A stretch of 64,000 bases of DNA from Oopsacas minuta (taxonomy: Eukaryota; Animalia; Porifera). Positions 1 through 11,160 of the stretch are shown piece by piece. Where the stretch lies: assembly GCA_024704765.1 (NCBI GenBank), contig JAKMXF010000144.1, positions 372,001 to 436,000 of the forward strand, written 5' to 3'. Both the position numbers and the translations under genes were made by a program. The stretch's first letter is position 1. Each line of letters begins with the position of its first letter. The notes beneath the pieces were generated by a model that did not search any database, was not told where the DNA came from, and saw nothing but the letters and a program-made list of their open reading frames with translations.

Positions 1-431
1 AATCTATGACTCTGAGTATATAGTCGGGTTTATCCGTGGGTAAATTAACGAGTAATACCCTTCCTACTCCACGATTCACCCTCTCTATACACCACATTAT
101 TAAGACTACACATTATTTAAAAGTATTGGTCGTGTGTGGGTAGTAAATGTATTACCTACACCAGCTGCAGTAAAATTATATCTATTCTTTATCATTATTA
201 GAAATCTGCCGTCAAACAAGAAATTGCTTGACCTATTCCAGTGGTACTTACAGTCTTTTTGTCTGCTAAAAACAACTAAAATTGCTAATGATTTTTGAGA
301 TATCACGGGTGTTCAATTGCATGCAACCTTTGAACAAGTTCAAACTCAAGGCAGTGTGTATTTTAAGAATACAATAAAGTTAATAATTAGAAAGTGAAAA
401 AATTGATAAAAATTCCAGTCTATAAGCTATG

Positions 432-2516
432 TTATACATCACTTTCGAAAATGAATTTCTGCCTTAGAAGTGTAATCTTAGGAGCTCTTATTGGAGCAGG
501 TTCAATAGGAAATTCTGTAATAGAAGCTAATGCTGTAGATGTATATGAATGTTTAAGAGATCGCACGGAGAGTTTTCGTCTAGGTTCTGCAGGGTGTATA
601 TCTTCGAAATCTCCAATTAATTCACTTTCTCCTGTACTCGCCTCATCCTCATTGTCTGAATTCTCAATAGTTACATATTTCCGCATGTAATCTCTAAGCT
701 TTAACAAGACCTGGATCATTTTAAGTGCGTGAATTAGAGAAGTTTGAATGTGTTCGTCAACATTAAGGGTGTCATGCTCATTCCAATTCTTATCGCGAGC
801 ATGTTTCATTTTTTCTTGAAAAAACTTACATTTCACAGTATCCATGTTTTTCTTCATTTGCTTAGTGTCAGTCTCTGATAGATAAGTTTTGGTAATTATG
901 TCTAGATCTCTTCTCAAGATAACTAGGCAATGGACAAAGCCAATAGTCTTTGCGTCGCCTGTACGCCTCCTCTCATCCACATCTGCAAATAGCTCCTTAA
1001 ACCCAAACGATTCACCTTTCCTAATTATTGTTGGAAATATTTGTCTCTTCTCACTTCCCAGCTGCTCCAAAATAGTAACAGAACCTTTGGTAATAATAAA
1101 CATTTCTTTAGCAACTTCATTATACTGGTAGATGTATTCTCCAGGCAAAAAGTATTGATTTTCCATTCTAGGTATGAGATAGTTGAAGAAACTATGAGTC
1201 ATCTTCTTAAATATTTCCGGTTTGGTTACGATAGCGTAGTAGCTCTCCTTGTAGACATTCAGGCCAAGTTTTTTGGGGAAATATGTCAAAATTGTTTTCT
1301 CCAAAACATCAATTCGGTTATCGTATCCGTACTCGAAATAATCAGCGGCTTTTTCTTGTGAAGGATCTGAAGACGGAATTTTAGATAATCTAAATATTTG
1401 TTTTGCACGCTGGGACTTCACAAGAAATTGATTTCTTTGCCAATTCTTTATTCTAAGTGTTGATACAAACACTGCATAGAGATACGCCATATTCAATGCA
1501 GCAACAAAATGTGTTATAATCATGAAGAGGTATTGACTACTGTTAGTTGGCCTTCCTTGGTTGTGAATGTTTGTAATCATTACGAATCCCCAGTAGAAAG
1601 AGAACAAGATAGGATGAGTTTGAAATTTTCCTTCTATCACTTCAAAGTTTTGGAATATTCCGTTGGTTTCGTAACCTTGAATTCGATAGAAGGAATAGAA
1701 CGCAGAGCCGACGAGGTTAGAGAGTAGGAGAATTTGAAAGAGGGCCTTGAATTGTCGGAATCTTTGAGCAAAAGAAAATTTGCGTTCAATGAGAGAGCCA
1801 AACTGCAAAACTCTCCATATCTTCAAAAGTCTAAGAATTCGGAAATAAGGGTACGTGAAATCAGGAAAGAAGTACCGGACAACATCCACGAAAGGGACTA
1901 TTATCGAAAGTAGATCCACCCAGAAGGAATAAGTTTTGATATATCGTCTCAGCGTTTCTTTGAAGCTATCAATTCTATGTCCATCTGCTTTAGAAACGAA
2001 CTGCAAACGGCTCTGACAACAGACTATATCAACAACATAGACAATATCCGTCAGTATATCCATCAGGTAGAAAGCAAGGCTATCCTCTAACAGAATCGGG
2101 TTATTACTACCAACTTTCATATCTGAGACTAACAATACATTCCCGTATGCAATTCTCATAGGTATTGTTATGAAATTGTAAACAGCAGACAAACTGACGA
2201 TTAACATCCACCAGAAATACAGCTGACCGTATTCATCTAATGTAAAGCTGAGGACAGTTTTAGAATTGTAAGGCTGCTCAAAGTGGATTCCTAATGTTAG
2301 TTCAATGAACTTTTGCTTGCCTTTCAAGTTATAGTTTGTCCCCTGTGAATACCATTTTGTAGAAGATTCTATTTTCACTTCATCTTCAGAACTTGATGAA
2401 TCGTCTTGTCCAACGTGAGAGCCTAAAATATGCAATTTCGAACTTTCGAAGCTAAGAGCCGAGGTAATGCTGTTTCTCCCATTACTTGACGGAGTTTCTG
2501 GTATTGGTGAGGCCAT
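432..2516 (-). CDS. Cyclic nucleotide-gated channel subunit, intronless, divergent pore
   Basis: 694-aa ORF with six hydrophobic segments, a basic S4 (YFRILRLLKIWRVLQF), pore helix FYWGF..ITNIH, C-linker and CNBD (FLPGEYI..GE.FG..RRT), followed by a coiled-coil-like tail. Confidence 0.9.
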   Translation of the reverse strand: MASPIPETPSSNGRNSITSALSFESSKLHILGSHVGQDDSSSSEDEVKIESSTKWYSQGTNYNLKGKQKFIELTLGIHFEQPYNSKTVLSFTLDEYGQLYFWWMLIVSLSAVYNFITIPMRIAYGNVLLVSDMKVGSNNPILLEDSLAFYLMDILTDIVYVVDIVCCQSRLQFVSKADGHRIDSFKETLRRYIKTYSFWVDLLSIIVPFVDVVRYFFPDFTYPYFRILRLLKIWRVLQFGSLIERKFSFAQRFRQFKALFQILLLSNLVGSAFYSFYRIQGYETNGIFQNFEVIEGKFQTHPILFSFYWGFVMITNIHNQGRPTNSSQYLFMIITHFVAALNMAYLYAVFVSTLRIKNWQRNQFLVKSQRAKQIFRLSKIPSSDPSQEKAADYFEYGYDNRIDVLEKTILTYFPKKLGLNVYKESYYAIVTKPEIFKKMTHSFFNYLIPRMENQYFLPGEYIYQYNEVAKEMFIITKGSVTILEQLGSEKRQIFPTIIRKGESFGFKELFADVDERRRTGDAKTIGFVHCLVILRRDLDIITKTYLSETDTKQMKKNMDTVKCKFFQEKMKHARDKNWNEHDTLNVDEHIQTSLIHALKMIQVLLKLRDYMRKYVTIENSDNEDEASTGESELIGDFEDIHPAEPRRKLSVRSLKHSYTSTALASITEFPIEPAPIRAPKITLLRQKFIFESDV

Positions 2517-2792
2517 CGAGTGATGTTATAATGCTAACTTAAATACGAAAAGCATGTAATAATTAAAATCACCAGATTGCCTGTTTACCGAGAATCTTAT
2601 TACTATGTGGCACGAGTTAGCTATGAACTCCCTCGTGTCATTTCTAATGTATTAGTTACACAAAGAGACATCGCTAGTTACAGAATAGTACACAAGTATG
2701 TATAGTTCACTTGAGCAACGTGATTTAAGGAAATTAGCAAACTAAACTTCTTAATATAACAAGTAGAAATCAGGAAGAATAAATACATTTCA

Positions 2793-3233
2793 ATGTTTTA
2801 CTCATTAGCAATAACTTATCTGCTTTGTATCATCGTATGTAGAGGGATTAGTGAAGGGGACATTAGTTGGAGGAATTGTAACAGCTCTTGGAGTGTCGCA
2901 AATGTGTTAGACGTGTCATTCAATCCTAATCCACCAAAAGCCCATCATCACTTCATAATAACCACTCGTACTGAATTTCGCAGAGAGGTATCAGATGGAC
3001 AAATGGCTTTAATAATTTTGCATGAAGGAGAGCCAGTCTTGAATCAAACAATGCAGTTTTGTGAGTTTAGTAACGATATAGGGTTACCCTGTCCTATTAT
3101 ACCTGGTATACATACGAAATCTACACAAGTATATTTATTTTGGCCAGAAGGTTCATACATTGGAAAGCTAACGGGTTGGGATTCACATTCTCAACTTGTG
3201 TGCGTTGAATTTCATTTTGAAGTAGATGATTAA
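2793..3233 (+). CDS. ML-domain (NPC2/MD-2-like) lipid-binding protein, copy A
   Basis: Signal peptide, W..C, PNPPK, FCE...LPCP and terminal VCVEF; 146 aa, single exon. Confidence 0.85.
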   Translation: MFYSLAITYLLCIIVCRGISEGDISWRNCNSSWSVANVLDVSFNPNPPKAHHHFIITTRTEFRREVSDGQMALIILHEGEPVLNQTMQFCEFSNDIGLPCPIIPGIHTKSTQVYLFWPEGSYIGKLTGWDSHSQLVCVEFHFEVDD

Positions 3234-3354
3234 GAATAATAAATATTCAAAAACTGTCATTTTGATAATTTTATTACACTCAACTCTCGTTATACCGAGT
3301 AGTCTTAAAGTGTACTAATATGTTCGCAAACCGTCAAAGTAACATAATTTTCAC

Positions 3355-3413
3355 AGGTTATATCGAAGTGATTATTGCGGACCTTTGAGCTTCGATATGA
3401 CAGGAGTTGATTG
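3355..3413. mobile_element. MITE family 2 copy (left end eroded)
   Basis: Its reverse complement matches 45054-45122 across the core ATATCGAAGCTCAA.GG.CC..ATAAT.ACTTCGATATAAC; it ends ...GTTGATTG|TA. Confidence 0.6.
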
Positions 3414-3496
3414 TATTATTAATATTGCCACCTGGGTTATAATATGTACCGACTGTATCTAACATTCCTTAGTATATACCTTAGTAACGTATAGCA

Positions 3497-4012
3497 ATGA
3501 AAGGAAGTTTGTTTGTTCTACTACTCTCTGTGTGGGTTGTGTTAAGTATGGGGAAAGTGTCCGTTATAGAATATGACGTGGAAATACTCCCAGCTATCTC
3601 TCTTAATGCTGCTATCCCTGTTAATGTTAACGAGGTAGGAGATATTTGGACTAACTGTGGGAAGGCAGGTGATGGAGTAGAGATCATAAGCGTGAAGATT
3701 ACCCCTGACCCACCTAAGAAGGGACAGAACGTTACAATAGTAGCCTCAGTTAATGTGAAGGAAGAGATAACTGGTGGTAAGGTAAATGCAGGAATAAAAT
3801 GGGGAATTATACATTTGAATAAGTCGTTTGATTTATGTGAATTAGTAAAGAAAGCGGGAGAATCGTGTCCAATAGCAGCTGGGAAACAAATCAAAACGTT
3901 AACCCAAGTGGTTCCAAACAATACTCCAGGGGGACACTACACTGGGAAGATAACAGTGCAGGATCAGAATGGGAAAGAGTTGGGATGTATAGGCATTGAT
4001 TTGCATCTGTAG
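3497..4012 (+). CDS. ML-domain (NPC2/PG-PI transfer protein-like) protein, copy B
   Basis: Signal peptide, short pro-region, WTNCG, ITPDPPKKGQ, DLCE..SCP, GHY..ELGCI. Confidence 0.9.
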   Translation: MKGSLFVLLLSVWVVLSMGKVSVIEYDVEILPAISLNAAIPVNVNEVGDIWTNCGKAGDGVEIISVKITPDPPKKGQNVTIVASVNVKEEITGGKVNAGIKWGIIHLNKSFDLCELVKKAGESCPIAAGKQIKTLTQVVPNNTPGGHYTGKITVQDQNGKELGCIGIDLHL

Positions 4013-4087
4013 ATAGATATGTACGAATTTTAGTTATTTTATTCTCTCCGTTTTGGCAGTGTGATCCATAAGTTTTAGAATTTTTAA

Positions 4088-4377
4088 CTTAACTACTTTG
4101 TATCGTCGTGAGTGGAGGGAATAGTGAAGGGGACATTAGTTGGAGGATTGTAACAGCTCTTGGAGTGTCACAAAAGTGCTAGATGTGTCATTCAATCCTA
4201 ATCCACCAAAAGCCTATCATCACCTCATAATAACCACTCGTACTGAATTACGAGGAGAGGTGGACAGACCCTCCTTCATGCAAAGTCTTTAATGCCAGAT
4301 GGACAGATGGCATTAAAGATTTTGCATGAAGGAGAGCCAGTCTTGAATCAAACAACGCAATTAGTGAGTTTAGTAAC
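4088..4377 (+). pseudogene. Degenerate duplicate of ML copy A
   Basis: Aligns to about 2812-3075 (tagtgaaggggacattagttggagg..., tcattcaatcctaatccaccaaaagcc). It has no start codon, a 1-nt deletion (ggaggaattg to ggaggattg), a ~34-nt insertion and a truncated 3' half. Confidence 0.8.
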
Positions 4378-4540
4378 ACAAAAAATTGTGAAATAGCGCA
4401 CCGGGGAATACATATGTATGTATGTTGAATATATATAATGAAATGTGTTTAACGAGTAAAACTGAAAATAGAACCGCGATTAGTAAATATTACCGACAGT
4501 ATCTAACATTCCTTAGTATATACCTTAGTAACGTATAGCA

Positions 4541-5062
4541 ATGAAAGGAGGTTTGTTTGTTCTACTACTCTCTGTGTGGGTTGTGTTAAGTATGGGGAAA
4601 GTGTCCGTTATAGAATATGACGTGGAAATACTCCCAGCTATCTCTCTTGATGCTGCTACCCCTGTTAATGTTAACGAGGTAGGAGATATTTGGAGTGACT
4701 GTGGGAAGGCTAGTGATGAAGCGAAGATCGTTAGCGTGACGATTACTCCTGACCCACCTAAGAAGGGACAAAAACTTACAGTAAAAGCCTCATTTGGAGT
4801 GAAGGAAAATGTAACAGGTGGTACGGTAAAAGTACAAATAAAATGGGGAGTAATAACTGTTCTTAGCAAGTCTTATGGTTTATGTGACTTAGTAGATGAA
4901 ATGGGAAAAATGTGTCCAGTAGCAGAAGGAACAATAGAATTTACGAAAGAGGAAGCGATTCCAAGCCTTTCTCCAGGTGGAGGATACACAGGGAAGATAA
5001 TAGCGGGGGATCAAAATGGGAAAGAATTGTTATGTATAGATCTTAAATTTGACTTATCATAA
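4541..5062 (+). CDS. ML-domain (NPC2-like) protein, copy B'
   Basis: Paralogue of 3497..4012 with a near-identical N-terminus and ITPDPPKKGQ, LCD..MCP, ELLCI motifs. Confidence 0.9.
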   Translation: MKGGLFVLLLSVWVVLSMGKVSVIEYDVEILPAISLDAATPVNVNEVGDIWSDCGKASDEAKIVSVTITPDPPKKGQKLTVKASFGVKENVTGGTVKVQIKWGVITVLSKSYGLCDLVDEMGKMCPVAEGTIEFTKEEAIPSLSPGGGYTGKIIAGDQNGKELLCIDLKFDLS

Positions 5063-5249
5063 AGTACATTAGTTATTTACTCTCGTGACTTTTAGCAGTG
5101 TGTTAGTATTATTAGTACTTTAGAGTGTGTAGCGTATCTTCTTAATTGTAAACTGACATCCTTTTATAATCTACAATCTGTGTTTTATTATTGGGATATG
5201 ATAAGCTTACAGGTTAATCTATTATTAACCTTTCATTCGGTAGAAAGGA

Positions 5250-6269
5250 ATGTCAAATAACGCTAGGAGGCCATCTCTACAGATACGAGATCTTATGGCA
5301 CGACTGGTGTCTGTCGGGTGTCCATTCATGACAGGGGTGGAAGAGAGCTGGGTTAACGATTTGGTGTTTGAGGTGGGAGAGTCACGTGACAGAATTATCA
5401 AGTGGCTACTAGAGGAAGTGTTAGTTGGCGGTATTGATAAAATTGAGTATGGGACACATATAGGTGGCGGTAAGCAGAGCGACAACAAAAGTCAAATAAC
5501 CAAACTAACTTATATATGCTCTTGTCTGGGTCTATGTGAAGTGAGTGATACCGATTTAGTTTCAGGTGTCCATAAAACACCCGCACAGCTTCTATTTATG
5601 ACCAGACTATTGTCAATGGTTGAAACACTTAGAGAGAATAAATGTGTAGAACCTATTGTACAAGGTAGAGAGTTAGTGGCAGAGATGAGTCAAGAAGAGC
5701 TGAGGGAAGTAACAAATAAAGGAGAAATTGATCTCATACCGGGAGATATTAAGAAATATATAGAGCTTGATAGTTTAACAGAAGTAGAGGGAACAGATGG
5801 GAAGCAAGGTGTGAAAATTGTGTCGTTGTTAACAGAATTAGCACATGAGGCAGGGAATATTGAAACTGAAATTTCAAAACAAACAAAGGAAATAGAAAAG
5901 TTGGGAATTAGTCAGGAAGAGGTGAAAGAGTATAAAGATCTTATACACGGAAACAGAATGGAATGTACTACGAAAATAAAAAGCATTTCTGCTTCAATGC
6001 AAAACCTAAAATTGTTATTAATTAATTTTACAGATTTCTACACTATAGAAGTGGAACCGGAACTAATCAGGCGCAAATTCACACCTCTCCAGACTGAGCT
6101 GGGACTTGAGATAGTTCAGGCACACTCTGCTCTCAGAAATAATCTCGAATTATTTGAGAAGGCAAAAGAATTAATAAAAAGCGCTAAGCAGATTACACTG
6201 CTGAATGAAAGTAAAGATCAATTCGGAAAACTTGGAGAACTAGCTTCTGAAATAATCACTTCTTTATAA
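5250..6269 (+). CDS. HAUS7: HAUS augmin-like complex subunit 7-like
   Basis: N-terminal L..VGCPF..G..E...R..II.WLL and CS.LGLC..D.DLV.G pattern recalls HAUS7; the C-terminal half is coiled-coil. Confidence 0.6.
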   Translation: MSNNARRPSLQIRDLMARLVSVGCPFMTGVEESWVNDLVFEVGESRDRIIKWLLEEVLVGGIDKIEYGTHIGGGKQSDNKSQITKLTYICSCLGLCEVSDTDLVSGVHKTPAQLLFMTRLLSMVETLRENKCVEPIVQGRELVAEMSQEELREVTNKGEIDLIPGDIKKYIELDSLTEVEGTDGKQGVKIVSLLTELAHEAGNIETEISKQTKEIEKLGISQEEVKEYKDLIHGNRMECTTKIKSISASMQNLKLLLINFTDFYTIEVEPELIRRKFTPLQTELGLEIVQAHSALRNNLELFEKAKELIKSAKQITLLNESKDQFGKLGELASEIITSL

Positions 6270-6345
6270 TGATATTAATCACATTCTAGCCAGATGTGAT
6301 AATTGAATAGCTAAATATACATACATAATTATCATACTCACATAT

Positions 6346-9300
6346 TCATAGGGTATCTGTAGAGAAATACTGTAGAGTACAATCTGAGCTTAGAGTAGCT
6401 AACCTCCCTTCTCCTCCTGATAAACTATACCAGTTTAATCCCTCCACAGATCCAAGATGTATTCTAATAGCTATCAGCTGTTTACCAGCTGTGACGTCAT
6501 AGAACACAATGTGTCCATTCTGTGTGACACACGCTAGGAGGTGGCTGTGTGGCAGAGGTGAGAAACACATATATGTAAGTGTGTACCATCCGTATACCCC
6601 AGCTGTTTTTATGGTGTGTAGAGTAATGTATGTCTGACCACAATGAAGGACAACAGTTCTATCATCTGAACAGCTTGCTAGGAGAGAACCTCTACTCGTC
6701 TGCTTCCAGTCAACAGCTGTAACAGCTGCTGAATGACACAAAAAGGTGTGAAGTGGCACGCCAGTGGTGTTATATTCCCAGACACGTACAGATGTGTCCT
6801 CAGAGGCTGTTGCTAATCTCTTATCATCTGGACTCCAGCACACACTCCATACCTCACCGCTTGTCTGCTCATGTGCATAGAACAATAGTATAGGAGAGGG
6901 TATCTATAGAATTGTGATTACACAGTAAACTCCTGCTTATACAGAATTATGAATTGTACAATTATGCTCCCAAACCATCGAAGTTCCATATTTGGACTTG
7001 ACTGTACCTAAATGTACTTGTATTAATTCTCACCTCTGATTTACTTAGACTGAATATACCCAGCTGTCCTTTCGATGTTCCTACAGCTAATTGATCAGCT
7101 GACATACTTAACCTCATATGTAGCACACTACCTTGTAGAATACAGAATCTATCTGGTGGATTCCATGTCACACTATCCCATCTATAAATACTACCATCCA
7201 AGCATCCAATCAGAATACCAGATTCCTTCGTCCATATGATACATCTAAGAGGATTTGACAGCTTATACTCATGTGTCAGAGAAGTGGTCTCTGCCCACAC
7301 AGCCACATTACCAGTTATGTCACCAGCTACTAGCTCTCCTCCATCAGGATTATGACTCAGTCCAAGACAGGTTATTTTATACCCCTGAATCTGACCAATC
7401 AGCTTACAGCTGTTTTTATCCTTATCCACTTGTAATAAACTAAGGTAAGATGGTCCAGCCAGCCAAATAGTGGCGCCCTCTGCCCCCCAACTCATTTTAA
7501 GCGCCTGTTCTACTGGCGCCTTTATTTCCTGCACTTGCTTTCCATCCATAGTCCACCAAATCAAGCTCTCATTAGAAGTAGAAAATACGATTTCACCGCC
7601 ATCAATTAACAGAGATCTAACAGAGTTTTGGAGCTCAAAATCTTTACATTTCAGGTTAGAAGTGTGCACAACTACAATCCATCCTCTGTCTAATACAAGT
7701 AACATTCGTCCATCCATAACAGGCCCTATAGGACCATGGATACTTACAGTATTCATGAATTATAATAATTATATCTTGCCTATATATATAGCAGCAGTAT
7801 GCTTTATACTTTTACTACTGATGATTATTTCTTGAGATTGTATTATATCTCCTGCTACGTCAAGTCTATGTATGACGTCATTATTATTCTGTCTCTCCTC
7901 CACTGCTAGGATCTCCCCACTGACGTCACTGAATTCACACATACTGAATGAGTTCACATAGTCTCCTGTCTGACCAGGTCCTACATCTAATAATGCAAGG
8001 CTTATAAGTTATAACTGTATGCATAGTGTAATTACAGTCAATCCGGTTATAAGAGCATGCAGGATAAAAAAAGGACTATTTTCTGAAAACAGTTCTCATA
8101 TATTCCTGTATATTTATGCTGGTTATAAGGACATGTATTGCTACTCCCAAGATGGTCTTATAACCGTCACCTACTGTATTTCATATAATAGTATATAATA
8201 GCTTCTATGGGTCGCATCATAAAGAAGGGAGATAGAGGAATAGCTACACAATACATAACTCGTAATCAAGCTATCAAACGACTACAAGTAACTCTATCTG
8301 ATTATAGAAAAATCTGTATACTCAAGGGGATATACCCGCGGGAACCAAAGAAGAAAAGGCATTTAAAGAAAGGAACTAATAAGACCTACTATCATATCAA
8401 AGATGTACAGTACCTCTCTCATGAGCCTATTATTGATAAGTTCAGAGAATTCCGTGTGTACCTCAGACGTGTGAAGCGTGCTATAGGACGTAAGGACTAC
8501 TACACAGCTCATGAACTTAAGCTCCGTAAACCTACATATAAACTAGATCTAGTTATAAGAGAGCGTTATCCCACGCTACAGGACGCTCTGAGAGACCTAG
8601 ACGATGCCCTAAGTACTATAGCTCTGTTCAGTACTATGGCACAGATAGCAGGCGTGCAAGGATCTATAATACACGCGTGTACACGTCTGTTAGCTGAATT
8701 CCAGCTCTATGTCATAGAGACAAAATCTCTTAGAAAAGTATTCCTATCCATAAAAGGAATTTACTACCAATGCAGTATTATGGGAGAGATAATAACATGG
8801 ATAGCTCCACAGGAATTTACGACACGACGACCTGCTGATGTTGATTTCCGTCTGATGCTAACATTTGTTGAGTTTTATATTAACTTAATCGGTTTCGTAA
8901 ACTTCCACCTGTTCCAGAAACTTAACTTAACATACCCGCCCAAAATATCAGGACGGTTAGAAGCTCCCCCTCACCTGCATATACATAAGGCTCATAACTA
9001 TCAGTTCAAGTTTGAGAGATATGAAACACTGGATATGTTAACCTCTCTCAACCACTCTATAGAGGGAGCTGGTAAGTTTTCATTATAACCAAGTGCTCGG
9101 GTTTCATTTCGGTATAAGCAGAGTAAAAACAATTACTTCGAGTTATAGAGGGTGAAAATCACTCATTTGAACAGGAGTTTACTGTACTCCAAATAATGGA
9201 CATTTCTTCTGTCCAATTGAGCTATGCTTCTGGTGAATTTGTCTATTACTAGGAACGAATCTGGAGGAAGGAGATGACGAGCTGGATCCAGATCTTATGT

Positions 9301-10617
9301 CAGATGATGACGTCACTGAGGAAGAGCTAGCTATCAGAGAGTCTCAGAAGAGAGAAGAGAAGATGATTTTAGCTCAGCAGGAATTATTCAAGAATTATTT
9401 CTTTTTCCTAGACAGAGAGGTATCAAAATCTCCTCTCGTATTTTGTATTCGTAGCTGTGGTGGTAGTGCCACTTGGGAGGGAGACACACGACACAATGTG
9501 GAGGTGTCAGATGAAGGGATTACTCACCATATAACAGACAGAGGTTCACAGCTGAGCCATCTGTACTTATTGAGAGAGTATATTCAACCACAATGGGTGT
9601 TTGATAGTCTAAATTGTCGTAGATGTCTGACAATGAGTGAATATAGACCTGGCGACACATTACCGCCACATTTGTCACCTTTCATGCAAGAGAAAGAAGG
9701 AGACTATATACCTCCTGAGAGGCTAGCTATCATACAGTACGAGAGAGGGGAGGGAGGAGAAGAGATGAGTGATCCTGATAATCTGGAGTCTGAGAGTGAT
9801 AAAGATGAATCAGCTGTTACTCAAGTAGAAAGTGGTACAGATGGAGGTGTAAAAAAGCGCAAACAGAAGAGAAAGAGACCTCTAGGTGTCGGACAAGTTA
9901 TTCGGGGACAAGTTGAGAATCTTCAAATTACAGATGATAGTTTGGAAGAAGACAAACTCAGAGCTATGTTGTTAACCAAAAAGAAACGTAAATTGTATGA
10001 GAAATTAAAAGGAAGAGACAAACGACACTCAAATAGGATAAACAAACTCAGAGAGAGACGTAAACAAATAGAAAGGAAGAAGATGTTAGAAGCTAAATAA
10101 ACAATAATTATTTGGGAAATTAGAATTAGAAATTATACTATTTTAGCTTTTATAACTTACCAGGTGGACATGTCCTCCAGGATAACTTTAGCTTACTGTT
10201 CATGACGTCATAACATAGAACAGCTGATCCATAGCCTACCCCTGCTATACATACCTGTGCACCATCTCGTCTCCAGGCAGCACATCGTATATCCATACAG
10301 TAAGACAACTGTACTGTATCGAGTAGATTATAATTTGTGTCCCAGAGAGATAAACCTCCACCAAATGCCACTGTCAGACACATTGTGTGACTCTTGTTTA
10401 TAATATGACACCCGATTAAACTGTTGTGAAGTTGTTTCTTAAAAATCTGTGTTTTCTTGTTAATATCCCATCTGACTACAAACATTCCTGAAGGCATATC
10501 GAAACAGTGTTTATTTTTAGAAATAAGACCTGCATCAAATCCTGAGCAATATCTAGCGGATCCTATACCATAGTTCTGGATAGGTTTAAGAATACTCTGT
10601 GTATTAGCTCCTAACAT
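6346..10617 (-). CDS. Uncharacterised multi-repeat WD40 protein, 4 exons (10617-10161, 7986-7780, 7725-7034, 6903-6346)
   Basis: gccATG start and WD repeats (VWSVCWSPDDKRLATASEDTSVRVW). Splice sites are phase-consistent: G|GTAAGT at 10160 to ttag|AT at 7986 gives PD-VGPGQTGDYVNSF in frame; a GC-AG intron lies at 7779-7726; GAG|GTGAGA at 7033 joins tatag|ATA at 6903. Confidence 0.75.
8035..8176. mobile_element. MITE family 3 (Tc1/mariner/pogo-type ends)
   Basis: TA|CAGTCAATCCGGTTATAAGAGCAT ... ATGGTCTTATAACCGTCACCTACTG|TA: imperfect TIRs with TA target duplication, no ORF. Confidence 0.65.
8207..10100 (+). CDS. PES1: Pescadillo homolog, 2 exons (8207-9071, 9253-10100), nested in the WD40 intron
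   Basis: Canonical N-terminus (YITRNQAIKRLQVTL.D.RKICILKGIYPREP), BRCT region (YIQPQWVFDSLN) and phase-1 intron 9072-9252. Confidence 0.97.
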
Positions 10618-11160
10618 GGCTATATCTAGACTGCTAACTATAATTGTCTTAAATATTAGATTATTAATACAGAATCCTATCTCAGCAGGAATATGAGGGT
10701 ACCCTCTGTATTAACGATAATGGTCCCATATATGCTTATTACATATTTAACCATGGATGAGGGATTTTGTATATTAAGATATATACAAATGGCCCCTACA
10801 AACAAGCAAGGAGTGCATAAAAATAACCTAGACCAAAATCCAAGCAGATAAACGAAACCCAGCATCCGTTGTTCAATAACTAATAAGAAGATAGGGAACC
10901 ATTTTCGTCATAACACCCTGATCGAGACTGCAGGCCCCATACAAATATTAGCTTAAACAGAAAAACAATAGAATGGGAGAATTGTTGTGATAACTCGCTA
11001 TTAAACACAAAACAGTGAATGTACGAGACTAGACAGTACAGCACTATTCCAATAAAAGCTACTGACCTTTGTACATTACAATATTTAATACACGAGAGTA
11101 CGCAAGGATCAGTAGGACATATTATGTACAGACTCAGCTGGGGATATACAGCAGTAGTAG

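Noticed and set aside
1-431. Short ORF 106-306 and a minus-strand donor near 254
   Set aside because: No recognisable product; it may belong to a gene extending outside the window but cannot be supported.
970-1000. FKELF (Ki-67 MIB-1 epitope-like) string in the CNG channel CNBD
   Set aside because: A chance 5-mer inside a folded domain, with no TP and no repeat context.
7008-7033. 26-nt micro-intron GTGAGA...TTTAG in the WD40 gene
   Set aside because: Using it leads to a stop before the last WD exon, whereas the 130-nt intron to 6904 keeps the frame.
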